A DNA stretch of 64,000 nucleotides from Marsupella aquatica (taxonomy: Eukaryota > Plantae > Marchantiophyta). Both the position numbers and the translations under genes were made by a program. The stretch is taken from assembly GCA_973895155.1 (NCBI GenBank), contig OZ316896.1, forward strand, positions 19,456,754-19,520,753. The letters are read 5' to 3'. Below the pieces are notes generated by a model that saw only the letters and a list, made by a program, of their open reading frames with translations, had not been told where the DNA came from and searched no databases. Position 1 is the stretch's first letter; each line of letters begins with the position of its first letter. Below, piece by piece: positions 13,138 to 25,362 of this stretch.

Positions 13138-13538
13138 ATGCTAGGTGATAAGAGAGCTGAGGGCAGTGCTCACCATTGGAAAAGCCGTCTCTGCCAAGCG
13201 AGTTTGCGTACTTTTTCTTCAATATCACGAACAGCAATGACAAGACGACGCTCAAATCGAAGTTTGCTCGTAAATAATGTAAAAACTCTGGAATCAACCA
13301 AAGGTGCTTCCATTCATGTATTGAAGGTTCTGAGAACCAATTCGTCCATGTGCACATACAAGAATGCGTCTCTCAATGTTTCAGGACAGCTGACTTGTGC
13401 AAAGTTCATAACCCCAAGTGGAGAGCATTTGCACAACTTCGTCAGGGAGGCAATCTGAGTCGGGAATTTGTGTGGCGTTTGGGCCAACGTTTGACAGACG
13501 AGCTATCAGTGTTGAAAAGCATCACGAGTCCAAAGTAA
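13138..13538 (+). pseudogene. Type III PKS pseudogene: a paralog of 8799-9956 with frameshifts and two large internal deletions
   Basis: Three colinear blocks match the intact gene: (a) [48 protein letters not shown]; (b) LTCAKFITPSGEHLHNFVREAI, against [22 protein letters not shown]; (c) [18 protein letters not shown]. Stops and frameshifts are present. Confidence 0.9.
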
Positions 13539-15767
13539 CACATCAATTATAGAACTCAAACAGAAAAGCAGGGGCTTCTGCTGTGAACCTCAAAATGTTT
13601 GTGTGAACTCAAATTGAATCCCAATTACTGTGTGTCTATATCACCAAAATATAGAAAATTGTACTAGAGACATTGAAACCTACATTGTTCGTACTCTAGT
13701 AATGTACATTTAGAGACAGTACATTAAATGTCAGAAAGAAATCAGCCAGCACAAGTACCTTGTACTGTAGTACTTCTAGTAGAAGCAAGAGTATTCACGG
13801 GTATTCTCTTTCAATCAATTAATCTATGGGTGTCAAAAATAGTGGAATGCATTTCACGGTATTGGCTTGTTCCTTCCTTTTTCAACTTTGTAGATAGACC
13901 ATGACCATGGAGAGACTGGGGGGGGGGGGGAGGGGGATCCCTTATTTTAGTACTGGAGTTGATTCCGATGCCTCCTAAGCTCAAAGTGTTGTTTACACTC
14001 GCTCCACTAGTGGCTACCTCTTCGTTCGACAAAGCAATTTTAACAATTTCCGACATTGGACAACAGTAAAGTTAACATCCAAGCGTATTGACGGAGTGCT
14101 CGCAAAATCAGAAAACGGCGCGTGGCACGGGATCGAACAAAGTAAGCGTCCGTGTGATCTTATTTTTTCTGAAATAAAACTTGAACATCACTCTTTGTCA
14201 TACGAAGGAATTTCATACGTAACCAAGATTGAAGGTTGGTGTCGACGTATGCAAGCATCGGTAGGATCGACCCAGTGGTTCGATATTTCTCTTTAATTAC
14301 CAGCCTAAAAATTCAGCAACATTTTTCTTAAGGCACACATAAAGCTGTCGATCGCCAGCCCTTTCCCATTTGATTCGTCTCTGAGAATAGGCACCAATTT
14401 ACAACTCGATCTGTCGTCATGCACCAAAGTCTCCAATCATATTTCGAAGTTTATACTGAGATCTCATCAACAGAACGACGAGCTGATCAAAACCTCAGCA
14501 AGGATACCACAAAATCGCTCATTATTAAAGAGCACATGTTTGCCGAACCAAATTTTGTCTAACATCACTTGAAAAAAACCATGCAAATGTACTGATCAAA
14601 GTATCTCGAATCTTATACCATAAAAACATGTGCACAGACAGAGAAAAGGCAGAATTGAACCGTAATACTCAAATTTAATGGTTAAGATCGTGCACTACAA
14701 CAGCTCCAAGATTGAGCCAACTATAATCAAAGCAAGGATTGAGATTGGTATACGTACTACGACTCCATGTTTGACCCAATAATGCTCAAATCAAGGCGCC
14801 CACAACAGTAACACAGCCTTAAATCGTCGCGCCCACAACTCCGTTGGTGGCGGTAGATTGCCTCAACCATCTTGCGGCCAACAGCTCATCGTTCACGGGA
14901 AGGATGAGGAACGCGAACATCCTGAGACTGAAAGCAAAACCGACATAGCTTGCTGTCCCGGGGATCGGTGAAGCAAAGGCTAACAAATGAAAATGAAAAG
15001 TGCAGCTCCTCACATATTCTACAAATAACAGCTGATTGAAAAGATCGCGTCGATTCCAAACTTTCAACACTCGGTAGGGGAAAGAAATTAGTCAGCAAAG
15101 CCCATTGACACCAGAGAGGAACAAAGGAGTGAGCCAAAGAGAGATTGCATCCAAGACACTCAATAAAGCATAGCTAAGTACCGGTCCTCGTCTCCTCCGA
15201 GGTGTGAAAGGATGTGCAGAAAATCTCTTAGAGTGGAATGCACGGAGTCATGTGCTTCACAAGGGTGTGTACACTTTGAAGTTCTCCTTTCATAAACCTT
15301 GCTCCGGAAATGTGCAGTAGCGGGCTTGCTTGCAGGATGTATGTTTGTCAGTGCACACATTCAAGTGGTGTTAGAAATCTATGAAGATGTCCAACCACCT
15401 TTAATAAGCACCCCTGCTCCACCCATTTCATACTTTCTAGGCCTTAAACCTAGAACGTTCGTCGATCATTATTCTCCATCCCAATTTCTAAGGGCTGTTG
15501 CGGGACACCTCACATACTCCTGGTAATCTTCTTTGCCCCGACAACTACTTTTTTTGGCATGCAGTTTAGGAAGTTCTTTTCGATTGCTGGACGGACTTGG
15601 CGTTTGTTAGCTTTGAATCGCAGTCACTCTTGAAAATTTCTTCATTCTTCCCATAGACAACTCCAGGTGCTCTCCAACCAGAAGGAAGCCTACAACGAGA
15701 AACATTGCCCAAAAAGAGTGTAACATGGCCCTTGCCCCATGAGTCTTGGAACTGAGATCCGCAGGAC

Positions 15768-15878
15768 TCGAACACGACATCGAGGTGGTTTGATCACACC
15801 GGACTAAGTGAAAATATTTCGAACACGACATCGAGGTGGTTTTGATCAAACCGGACTAAGTGAAAATATTTCGAACAC
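15768..15878. repeat. Tandem duplication, 51/52-bp unit x2 plus a partial copy
   Basis: TCGAACACGACATCGAGGTGGTTTGATC..ACCGGACTAAGTGAAAATATT starts at 15768 and 15819, with a partial copy at 15871. Confidence 0.9.
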
Positions 15879-16571
15879 ACTGACAGATCTCAACATTCTT
15901 TGCTCCTTGACGTCAATTTCTTTAATTCATTCATATGACATTCACATCAGATATCTCGAAGAGACAGTAGACTTCAGGAGACTGCACAAAGAATATGTAA
16001 GTAACTGGAGACGATGTCTCCTCCAATGGGTACAAGCCAAGGCCCGCTTCATATAGAAGCTTTTAAAAGCTACAATTACAAGTGGTAAAGACCGCCAATC
16101 TTATTCGAATCTTTAGCCCGAACAATAGAATGTGTGCACATGTGAATCGCATCATGTGACTGAATGAAGAGAGGGCTGTGGCTCTTTGTGGCTATCTCTC
16201 TATTTAAGTAATCAGGGGTATGATGACCAAGTAAAATGGCAAAGAATAGAATGAATCCAGCTCCTCATTAACTTGAGATGTGCTTGCGGATCGGGTAATG
16301 CCACAAGCCACCCAATGATCTCTTCATTCTGCTGCCTCCCAGAAAAGAAAGATGTTAATGATGGCATCTATCTTGCAATAGCCTGCCTTCCGCTGTTGGA
16401 TTTTCGTAAGGAAATATCACCGCCTGCAGCGTTCGCACAGGAATATTCGTGGAATGCTGTATATAATTGACTCAATTATCATATTGCTATTTGACGGCTA
16501 TTAATGAGAAAGTAAACGTACAAGTAATCCCGTAGAGATGGCAGGAGGGACCCAAAGTGGAATACCAAACT

Positions 16572-19500
16572 TCAAAAATCGCTTTGAAATGTGGAAATGA
16601 GCTGAACTCCCCCGTCATGATCTATGTCAAGACACCTTTTGAGGGACGGCTCGCTGTCAAAGATAGGTTTATCGTTCAACGATGGATCATGTGGACATTC
16701 GTGTTTACTTGCAGTGTGTTGGTGGCATAAGTCGATGGACTGTGCACGTTCGCACGACTTATAAGTGTGTTCTGCCGTATCCTCTCGGAATTCGATGAAC
16801 CACGGAACGAGAGCGCCATAGCCTTGAGCAAGGGAGCCAAATGTAGAGGCTGGAGTCACCAACAGTTGGTCGGACAGGCTGAGGGCCAAAATTTCTACAA
16901 ATGCCTGGATGTCTTCTTCCTTACTAAGCCGTTGAAACTCATTACTTGTGACCTGCAGTATCAAGACAACCACCGGTTAGTGACTTCAGTGCTATGCAGT
17001 ATACTCCATGCAGAACGTACACAACAATGCTCCTCAGCGCAGAATAATTGGCGTATACCAATAGAGCTAAACGTGAACCCATATTCAGAACGTTCTAGAA
17101 CGGTGGAGCAACAATCGTTCTAAATGACTGGCACCAATTTGTATTGGAATCACATTGAGCATCTCAACTCGTTCTGGAGTTTCTGGGTGTTTAAATTCCA
17201 ACTTCCCATTTCCAATTCCGCAGCCAATACTCTCACCGTCATTTCGATTACAAATGACACGGATACATCTAGGCTTCGCCAGTACAGGTGCGATCCAGGT
17301 TCTTTGAGTAAGGTACTACGGATTTCTTTCAACTCAACCCCAAACGCCCATTTTGCAATGACTATTTGTATTCCGCCAAAGTCAAACCTCCACCCTTTAA
17401 GAGTCACTTATCGTATCCCAAATGACTTCCGCCACGTCTAATCACAAAAGTGAGTGTTCACAGCAAATCACGAAAGGGACAGCAGAAACCAGCAATCTGA
17501 ACTACTGGCACGTCTGGAGCACCACAAAACAATCATCAATTCTGCGTAAACCTAGAAGCCGCTTCAGATGTGGCCACGTCAGTCATGACCCAGAAAACTG
17601 ACCAACGAAAAAGTACCCTTAACATGTCCCGTTCGCCATCAGGGCAATTCAGAAGGCCAATGTCGAGACAGGAAAAATTAGTGCAAGACATTAAGACCTT
17701 CTGATGAGGACATCCCGACCACCTGACACTGCTCAAGCATCGCTATATAAAGTACAAACCAGACTGGAAACAACGAGCGCTGACGTGAGGGAAGGGCACC
17801 ACCGACCTGAATGACCTCCACCTCTTCTCCACTGACAGTATGCCCGTCCGGATAGGTTGCCTTCAAGTACTCGTTCAGACTCCGGAACAAGGATGCAATA
17901 AAGACTTTCGTATTAGAAGATGGCGGGTGCGACTCCTCCTTGTCCCAAGAAGAGCTGCCATTCGGAAGAATCCCATTTTCCAGCACGCAGTCCAGGATCC
18001 TTTTATTCAGCAATGCATTAATCTTCTCATAATGATCCTTACCCTCCCTGTCAGATATCAAAACGATTCGTGTCAGTACGACGACTGTTGGCAACCTTGC
18101 TCTTGATGGGCTGTGTAGATTTTTAGTCCCTTTTTAATATCCATATTCTACTCGGAAAAGCTTCGGACACTGGCCGGGGACACAAAGAAAGTAATATGAA
18201 AGAGTTTCACAGACTTCTCTACTGACTACTCTAAAGATCGCATCCCTGGAGATTTGAAACTTGCAGCTCCTGCAAACTTATCTTGAATCGTACTCTGTGC
18301 CCGTTCCAGAGGTATGTCCAGGGATTGATCGTATACATCAAACTGCAGCACACCTTTTAGGATTATGTTGATCGAAGTAGATCTTTCTGAAGAGAATCCA
18401 CGATGAAGACCTACTTGCGAAGTGACGACAGAGGGACGAGGGCCAAGTCTGGACGAATTAAATATCCCTTTGGTACTACTGACTTCAACGTGCGGGGGTT
18501 TCGTAATTTCATACTTTTGTCGTTGATCAAGCAACGCAGTACTGCGCTCTATACATTACTTTAAAGGTCAAACCAACGTTACATTCCGCTTAGTGAGCAC
18601 TTTTAAGACGTTCCTTCCACTACCCTAGATATTCTTCTACATATAATGAATGCCCTTGCCATCGCCAATCTTCCTTATCATGGCTTCTAAGATCTTGACA
18701 AGGGTGGTTTGCAAGCGAGAGAGCGAGAGAGCGAGAGAGAGAAAATGGTACCTGGAGCGCAGCTGAATCCCGACACGGCGATCCGCCTTGCTGAAATGCT
18801 GGTTGTCGAGCTCCTTGAGCTTGGAGAAAACAGCGTCGCCCGGCAGCAGCGCGGACCTGAGTACCCGAGTCATCACCATTCTGTCGGGGAACAACGCATC
18901 CAGAGATCGTCCGAAGACTGGCGAACCGAAAAGCTTGGGGACGCTGTAGATGCAGCCACCCCAGTAGAGCCATGGCACCTGGTCCACCATGCGCTGCTCC
19001 GTCCTGCAGTAGAACCTGTTCGCGGGCTGCCATCTGCCGCCGCCACCAAACAACTGTGTCATTGCAATGTCCGTATTCATGCATGAAACCCTACTGCACA
19101 TATTGCATCATCACCGTAAACTGTTCCGTGTGACCGATATCACGCAGCGTCATGACCGCGCTAGCGTATGGAGAGGAGAGTATCACCTTTCACAGCAAAG
19201 TGCTGCTGGCCGTAGAAACGAACGAATGCTTTCGGGATCCTAAACCCTTCAAATGCTCCTCTCGATCACATGAATGCAGAAGATTTTAGGAGAGATCTAG
19301 GACTTCGAAACATGCAGTGATCTTCTATTGCCAGAATTCTGACTAGACGCTGGAATGTTCATCCAGCTCGTTTCCAATTCAGAAAATTCCGAGACAACTT
19401 CAGAGCTTTTACTGAGGTTATTTCAGAATTTCGAGCTGGGGACTCTTCATCGCCCGAATCAAAAGCGTTGCATACAAGATTACATAGTAACACTTGGTTC

Positions 19501-22500
19501 CTTCCTTTGGTTGACCGGTAGGAGAACATAGCCCACAGAAAGTAGGGGAGTCAGAAGTGGGTATCTTTGTCTAATCGTCACTTGCTCGCTTGGTCGGCAA
19601 CAAGACCAATGCTGAAAATATCCAAGAGGACAAGCGAGATGAGGAGGGTTAAAGGCTTTTCAGTCGAGACAGTGCGTGCTCTCATACACTCTGACTACCA
19701 AAGTAAATAACCAACTGAAGCCAAGATAGTGCCCTGGCCTCTTCATTCATTCCCGTTTGAACGTACGAGAATATCAAATATCTAGGTCGAGCGGACCAAT
19801 AAAATCATACTGCCTCTTTCTTCTCCCTGCACAGGTTTCAAGCTCACGAGGGAGCGCAGAAAGTCGTTGGCATTTCAGTGCTCCATCAAAAGCCCCTTCT
19901 CCCATGGCGTAAAGGAACGTCACCAGTTCCGAGCCGGTAAGTTCCCAGAAGGTGTAACACGGCCGAACACACACGGTTTGCCGTGCGTTTAGAGCAATGT
20001 GGGGATTTGAAGAGGGGAAATGCCTCTTTCTTCTCCCTGCACAGGTTTCAAGCTCACGAGGGAGCACAGAAAGTTGTTGGCATTTCAGTGCTCCATCAAA
20101 AGCCCCTTCTCCCATGGCGTAAAGGAACGTCACCAGTTCCGAGCCGGTAAGTTCCCAGAAGGTGTAACACGGCCGAACACACACGGTTTGCCGTGCGTTT
20201 AGAGCAATGTGGGGATTTGAAGAGGGGAAATGCCTCTTTCTTCTCCCTGCACAGGTTTCAAGCTCACGAGGGAGCACAGAAAGTTGTTGGCATTTCAGTG
20301 CTCCATCAAAAGCCCCTTCTCCCATGGCGTAAAGGAACGTCACCAGTTCCGAGCCGGTAAGTTCCCAGAAGGTGTAACACGGCGGAACACACACGGTTTG
20401 CCGTGCGTTTAGAGCAATGTGGGGATTTGAAGAGGGGAAATGGGGAATCAACATGCTGGCCTCAAATCAAAGCATGAAAGTACGGTTCGGAGCCGTGATG
20501 AGGAAACATGCCAGCGTACTTCAAAACGACTTGAAGAGCCTCACTAACTGTGACGCACGCCTAGTAACTGCAAAGAGGAGGTGAGGACGACTATGTATGG
20601 ATATCAACACCGTACAACAGCTTTCTGGGCCATTAAAATTCAACTATGGAGTAGAAGCCAATTTACGGTACTTCACTACTGGTACAAAAGATCCATGTAA
20701 TCATCTCTGACAATATGCCACGACTAGGGAGAAGGATGAACTCCTGACAGAGCTCACCTCGAGCGGCAACTGAGACACCCTTGAAGACATTGGAACCTTT
20801 CACAGTTCACACGGAGCCAGTTCGTCACTTACCAGATTTCTCTCTGGACATGTCAGATGTCAGGAGGAACAGGCCGACGGAGGTATCATACCCCTGCTGG
20901 TAATCACACATCAAAATGTGGTTGCATTCATTGATTGAAAGGAAAAAACTAGCATTATCACTGTATGCAGGGGTGTCGTACATAGTATATGTCATATTTT
21001 GATGTGCAGTTACCGAGACCCGTATCATACTCTCGTGCTGCAAATGGAGTGGCAGACATCCGTCTATGGCAGCAGGATACAGAGTTACAGACTGTTGCTT
21101 CCGTGATAGTTCCGTGATGGTTCCGTATTTGAACCGTAATGGCCGTGTGCAATCAAGTAACGTATGGCCAGCTGTGGTGACATTTCATCAGATTGCCAGG
21201 CCAGAGCTGTGACTTTGTCTCCGAAAGAACAAACCCACAAATCCTACCTAATCCTGGAGATGATAAACCAATCGTTGTCTGGGACTTAGTAGTAATAAAT
21301 TCGTAACGAATAATTAATTGGTTCAGTCCACCCACCACCCTGGACAGACGGCGGGGCGATGAGGGAATCGAGTGCAGGTCCGACGGATTACACATTTACA
21401 CGCCCCACCGAAGGTACTGTACCAAAGTAGGCATCAATTTAAGGGCAATGCCAACTATCTGCCTCAATTGAAAGTCAGAAGCTTGAGATCCAGTATCATC
21501 GAAAGTCAAACACATGTTGTAATCATCATACATCTAAGTTCGTGTCAGAACTGCCCCAAAGGAAAACAAAATGTAACAATAACTTAAGACTTTGGGATCA
21601 AAACTGATTTGTCGAGGTTACGAGAGGAGTCCACGTCCCGAATTCAAAATTCTAATGCCGATGACTTGAGACGATACCTTTCTGAAAGTAAAGTCGAACG
21701 GCAGCAACTTCTGAGAGGCATTCTTATTATCTGCGGGCCCTTCCTCATCAGAACGGGTTTAGAAATTTTCTTTCACAAGCGTAGTCAGATTCCACAATAC
21801 GGTAATGTAACGCTCTGCTGTGCAAAGGTCTAGGAGGTCATCGCAACACACGAGTCCGATTGCCCTTTCTAAGCTTCGCTAGAATGGAGGTGAAAACTCG
21901 TACCATTATTCTAACTGACCTGACAACAAGTAGAACTCTGGGCCCAAGCATTCGCTGTCTCAGGGCTGGCATGTTATGTGTTATTGAGGGGTAGATCGCC
22001 CGGCATTAATTCCTGAGTAAACTTGGGAAGGTCCACGTGAGGGAGCTCTGGCCATAAAGAACGGAGCGCCAGTGCTGCAATCTGGCAGACCCCTATTTCT
22101 ACACAAGACAGCTGAGAGTTTGAAGGAGTTGGTGGAGGCATGATCTATATCATGCACCAGTTCAGAAACGCCCACAGGTTATCTCCCACGTAAGATCTCT
22201 GTTTCCAGCTTTACCTCTCTACTCTTCCTACTGGAGTCAGGTTTCCCATTACTCAACGATATTTTTAATGTGTTTCTTCCTCGTTCTCATAAATAGCTAT
22301 GCAGTGGCATACAGGTATAGTAACTACAGTCCAATGTTCTTGTCTTTTGGATCAGATCAAGCGAGGGATCGACATCAATTGGACATCACCAATGAAGAGG
22401 AACTATGGACCCACAGTCCTAAAACTCCCGGTGAAAGAAGGAGAGCCCCAAAAACCTCTTCCAACGCCACCTCCACCACCACACGCACACTCAGAGATAT

Positions 22501-25362
22501 AAATCTCAAACCGTCACTTCCATCTTTGCCCAAGCCCGACCGCCAACATCACATTCCGTGAAGGCAGAACGCTAGAATACTAACAGAGGAACCCTGGTAG
22601 GCTTGACGTGCTCAATTCCTAAGGAAGCACGTCCTGTGACACGTCGCATTCAACGGATACTGTACCAGAAACGTACCCCACGCTAACGTATTAGAAGTTA
22701 GCATTAGGTACAAAAACGAGAGCTGACTAGTCAGATTGCGAAGGATGACACGATGAGAATGACCGATAAATCTGCCGAATGGTTCCCTGGATCACCTTCG
22801 GCGGAGTACTTTACTCGACCCACGCCCAAACTTACTATGATATCCGGTCATGACATTCTACGGCCGGCACTCTGGCTTCTACAGTTGCATTCCAACAGTA
22901 GACGCTCGATCCGTTAGTTCTGCCGCTGTGCCCAAAGAAAGGCTGCGTGATGCAGATCCGGGCCACATTCACTGTAGAGAAGGGGGCCCACACCAAGGTG
23001 TGTCTCCCAAGGCTGGCAATTCAGATCTCCATGCTTCGACTCTCATCAAAACTTCCACTCTCTTCGATCGCAACGTATCATTCTCGGAGGATCCTCCGAT
23101 GGGTAGGTCAAATAACACCACCGGAGCGGGACATGAATTCTACTGAAAGGAATGGCCAGTCGGAGCCAATCAATGAATAGTCTCTAGCAATTTCAGCCAC
23201 GGGGTATCTCAGCACATCTGTTTGTCCGAACGTCTTCAAAGGGTCGCACGAAGACTAGCCTACCATGACAGTTCGGGCTTCAGCCGGAGGCCGCACCTCC
23301 TGGTATTGTCTGCCTATCTTCTAAAACAGAAATCGGAGAGGAAGAGAAAATGCCACGGCAATGCATCAACACGTTATGCCTTCGCTAGAAAAGAACACTT
23401 CAACATTCCCAGTCTACTCCAAGCTCCCCAGCAACGCGCCAATAACGAGACGTAAAAGTTCGGGAAGGAGAGAGATTGATTGGGGTCATGATTACCTAAA
23501 GTTCAATTGAATATTGAGATTTGAGAAGGATTATCGACCTTGTAGTAGACGGTCATCAATACCATGACCCAAATCGCCCGATTCGCAAAGAATGGTACGA
23601 AGCTAAATGGTTAGGAAAGAGATTTACCATACCTGACGGTCACAGCCAAGCCGTGCTCCAGAGCTGGCGGTTGGATAGTAGCGACTTCTGTAATGTTGCT
23701 GCCTGTCCTCTTGTTCTCCTCCGTTATCCACCCGTCGACTTCATCCAGAAACGTCAGGTCTTCAGTCCACTCCGGGGGAAAGGGTGGATATGGCGTCTCC
23801 CATGGAAACTGACCCTTCGGACCATCCGGAAAAATAAAACCACTGGACTCTAGCGTCCAAGACGACCCCACGAAAGGCTCACACATGAAGCTCGTCAGAT
23901 TGGTTCGACTCGGCACAAGGAGAACTCTCTGGGTGAGAATTGAGTACAACAACGCCGATATAGTCACAATTATCTTGTTCCCAAGTCCTGTGCCATACAT
24001 TGGGCTCCCAAGAGTAAATTTGCAGCCAGGCACTGTCATATTCCGGATGAAGAAGTCGGTAACATTCGATCCAACCTGCAGTAAATCCCACAACCTTGTC
24101 CATGAATTCAAAGTCGTCTTCGACATTCTCATACGATCCTTCTTACAAGTTCTGATATCAAACCAAATCGCTGGTCCTCTGGAACGCACATCCAAGTCTA
24201 TCAAATACTTCAGAACTGGGTATAAGAATCGCTGAAAGGAAATAAGAGAGGACATAATTATAACACTATGGCTAGCCTTGGGAGTATCCCCAATGGACAT
24301 GTCAAGGAAGATGACAGTCTGAGACAATGGCACAAACGAATTTATGGCCAAAAGGAGGGCTGCAAGACATCTACAACCCAATAGAAGGGAATCTGCGACG
24401 CTTGGAAGAGGCAAATTCATGGCTGAGAATCAATCCTGCCCTGCATGACTCTATAACTGCTTCGCTCAAATGCCCGATGGAATATACCACTGCAATTCTT
24501 ACGTTGGAGCAGGTGCGACGAGGGAAGACTAATTTAAACACAAAGGAGACATAAACTTGGGAACAACAATGCAGAAGGCATGTCCAGAATAGAAAGTTGG
24601 AAAGCAGGGGGGAGGCAATGGTTGTCCCACACAAACTACAAACCTCGGACAATTTTCTCAGCAAGTGCCGAGAAAGACAAGGCCAATGAAGTGCACCGAC
24701 AACAGTCTGGGCTCACAGTCAAGGTGCAGTGCCCTATCACATTCCTGGCGTGATATTCTACTTTCTCCACTGGCATTCGGTGAAGAGAGTGTACTCTCGT
24801 CATCGATTGAATTAAAGCGATTGAGGGTGATTTATTCCATTTTAAAAAATCACACATACGAGACTAATGAATTGCATTGTCATTCAAGAACATCACCTAC
24901 CTTCAGCATACAAGCGCGGTGCAACTTCGAATACTCGGCAAGAACCAGGTCCAGTGTAGGGTTGGGTGACAGCTCCTTCACATATTTTCTCCGATCATAC
25001 ATGGGCTGAAGCTCCGACCGGCTCCTGCACGGATTTTGTCGGATCCATTCCTCCCTCTGAGCAGCTGTGAGATCAGAAGAAACTCCGCCAGAAGCTTTAC
25101 TGGTCGCTGCTTGGATATCCTCAACCAATTTCCGAACGACGGGAGACTCTATGAGATCTAATTGCAACTTGTCTGACACACCAGAAGAGGGCCTCTCGAA
25201 GCTTGCCGGTGTCGAAGGAGGCAAGAACCGTCCTTGGAAAATGGGATCCCAATCAATAAACACCACGAGAAGAAAGAACGCCAATGAAAGGGATATAGCA
25301 CATGCGTGTTTGAAATCATTCAGTAGGGACGGCGACAACCACCCTGCTGTCACCTTTCCCAT
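16572..25362 (-). CDS. GT37 xyloglucan-type (galactoside 2-alpha-L-) fucosyltransferase, ~600 aa. Exons: 25362-24901, 24075-23633, 19033-18752, 18047-17807, 16952-16572
   Basis: N-terminal transmembrane anchor (AISLSLAFFLLVVFI). GT37 motifs occur in order: YSKLHRAC, GLGNK..SALLYSILTQRVLL, CEPFVGSSW, RFYC..EQ...VPW, LFPD, VGIQLR, VFIASL, EILALSLSD.LLVTP.STFG.LAQG. All four introns are GT-AG with compatible phases (0,2,2,0). The exon 2/3 junction is the least certain. Confidence 0.9.
19811..20440. repeat. Near-perfect tandem repeat, 210 bp x 3, inside intron 2 of the fucosyltransferase
   Basis: Units start at 19811, 20021 and 20231 (TGCCTCTTTCTTCTCCCTGC...). Only about three substitutions were seen among the copies. 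Confidence 0.97.

Noticed and set aside
15607-15730. Short signal-peptide-like ORF (MLHSFWAMFLVVGFLLVG...)
   Set aside because: About 40 codons, with no recognisable mature peptide motif or supporting gene structure.
19774-20454. 226-aa ORF made of three 70-aa repeats
   Set aside because: A by-product of a 210-bp (3n) DNA repeat inside an intron; it has no recognisable domain.
23611-24420. 269-aa ORF as a standalone gene
   Set aside because: Only 24075-23633 is GT37-like. The upstream part is open intron sequence before a CTGCAG acceptor.
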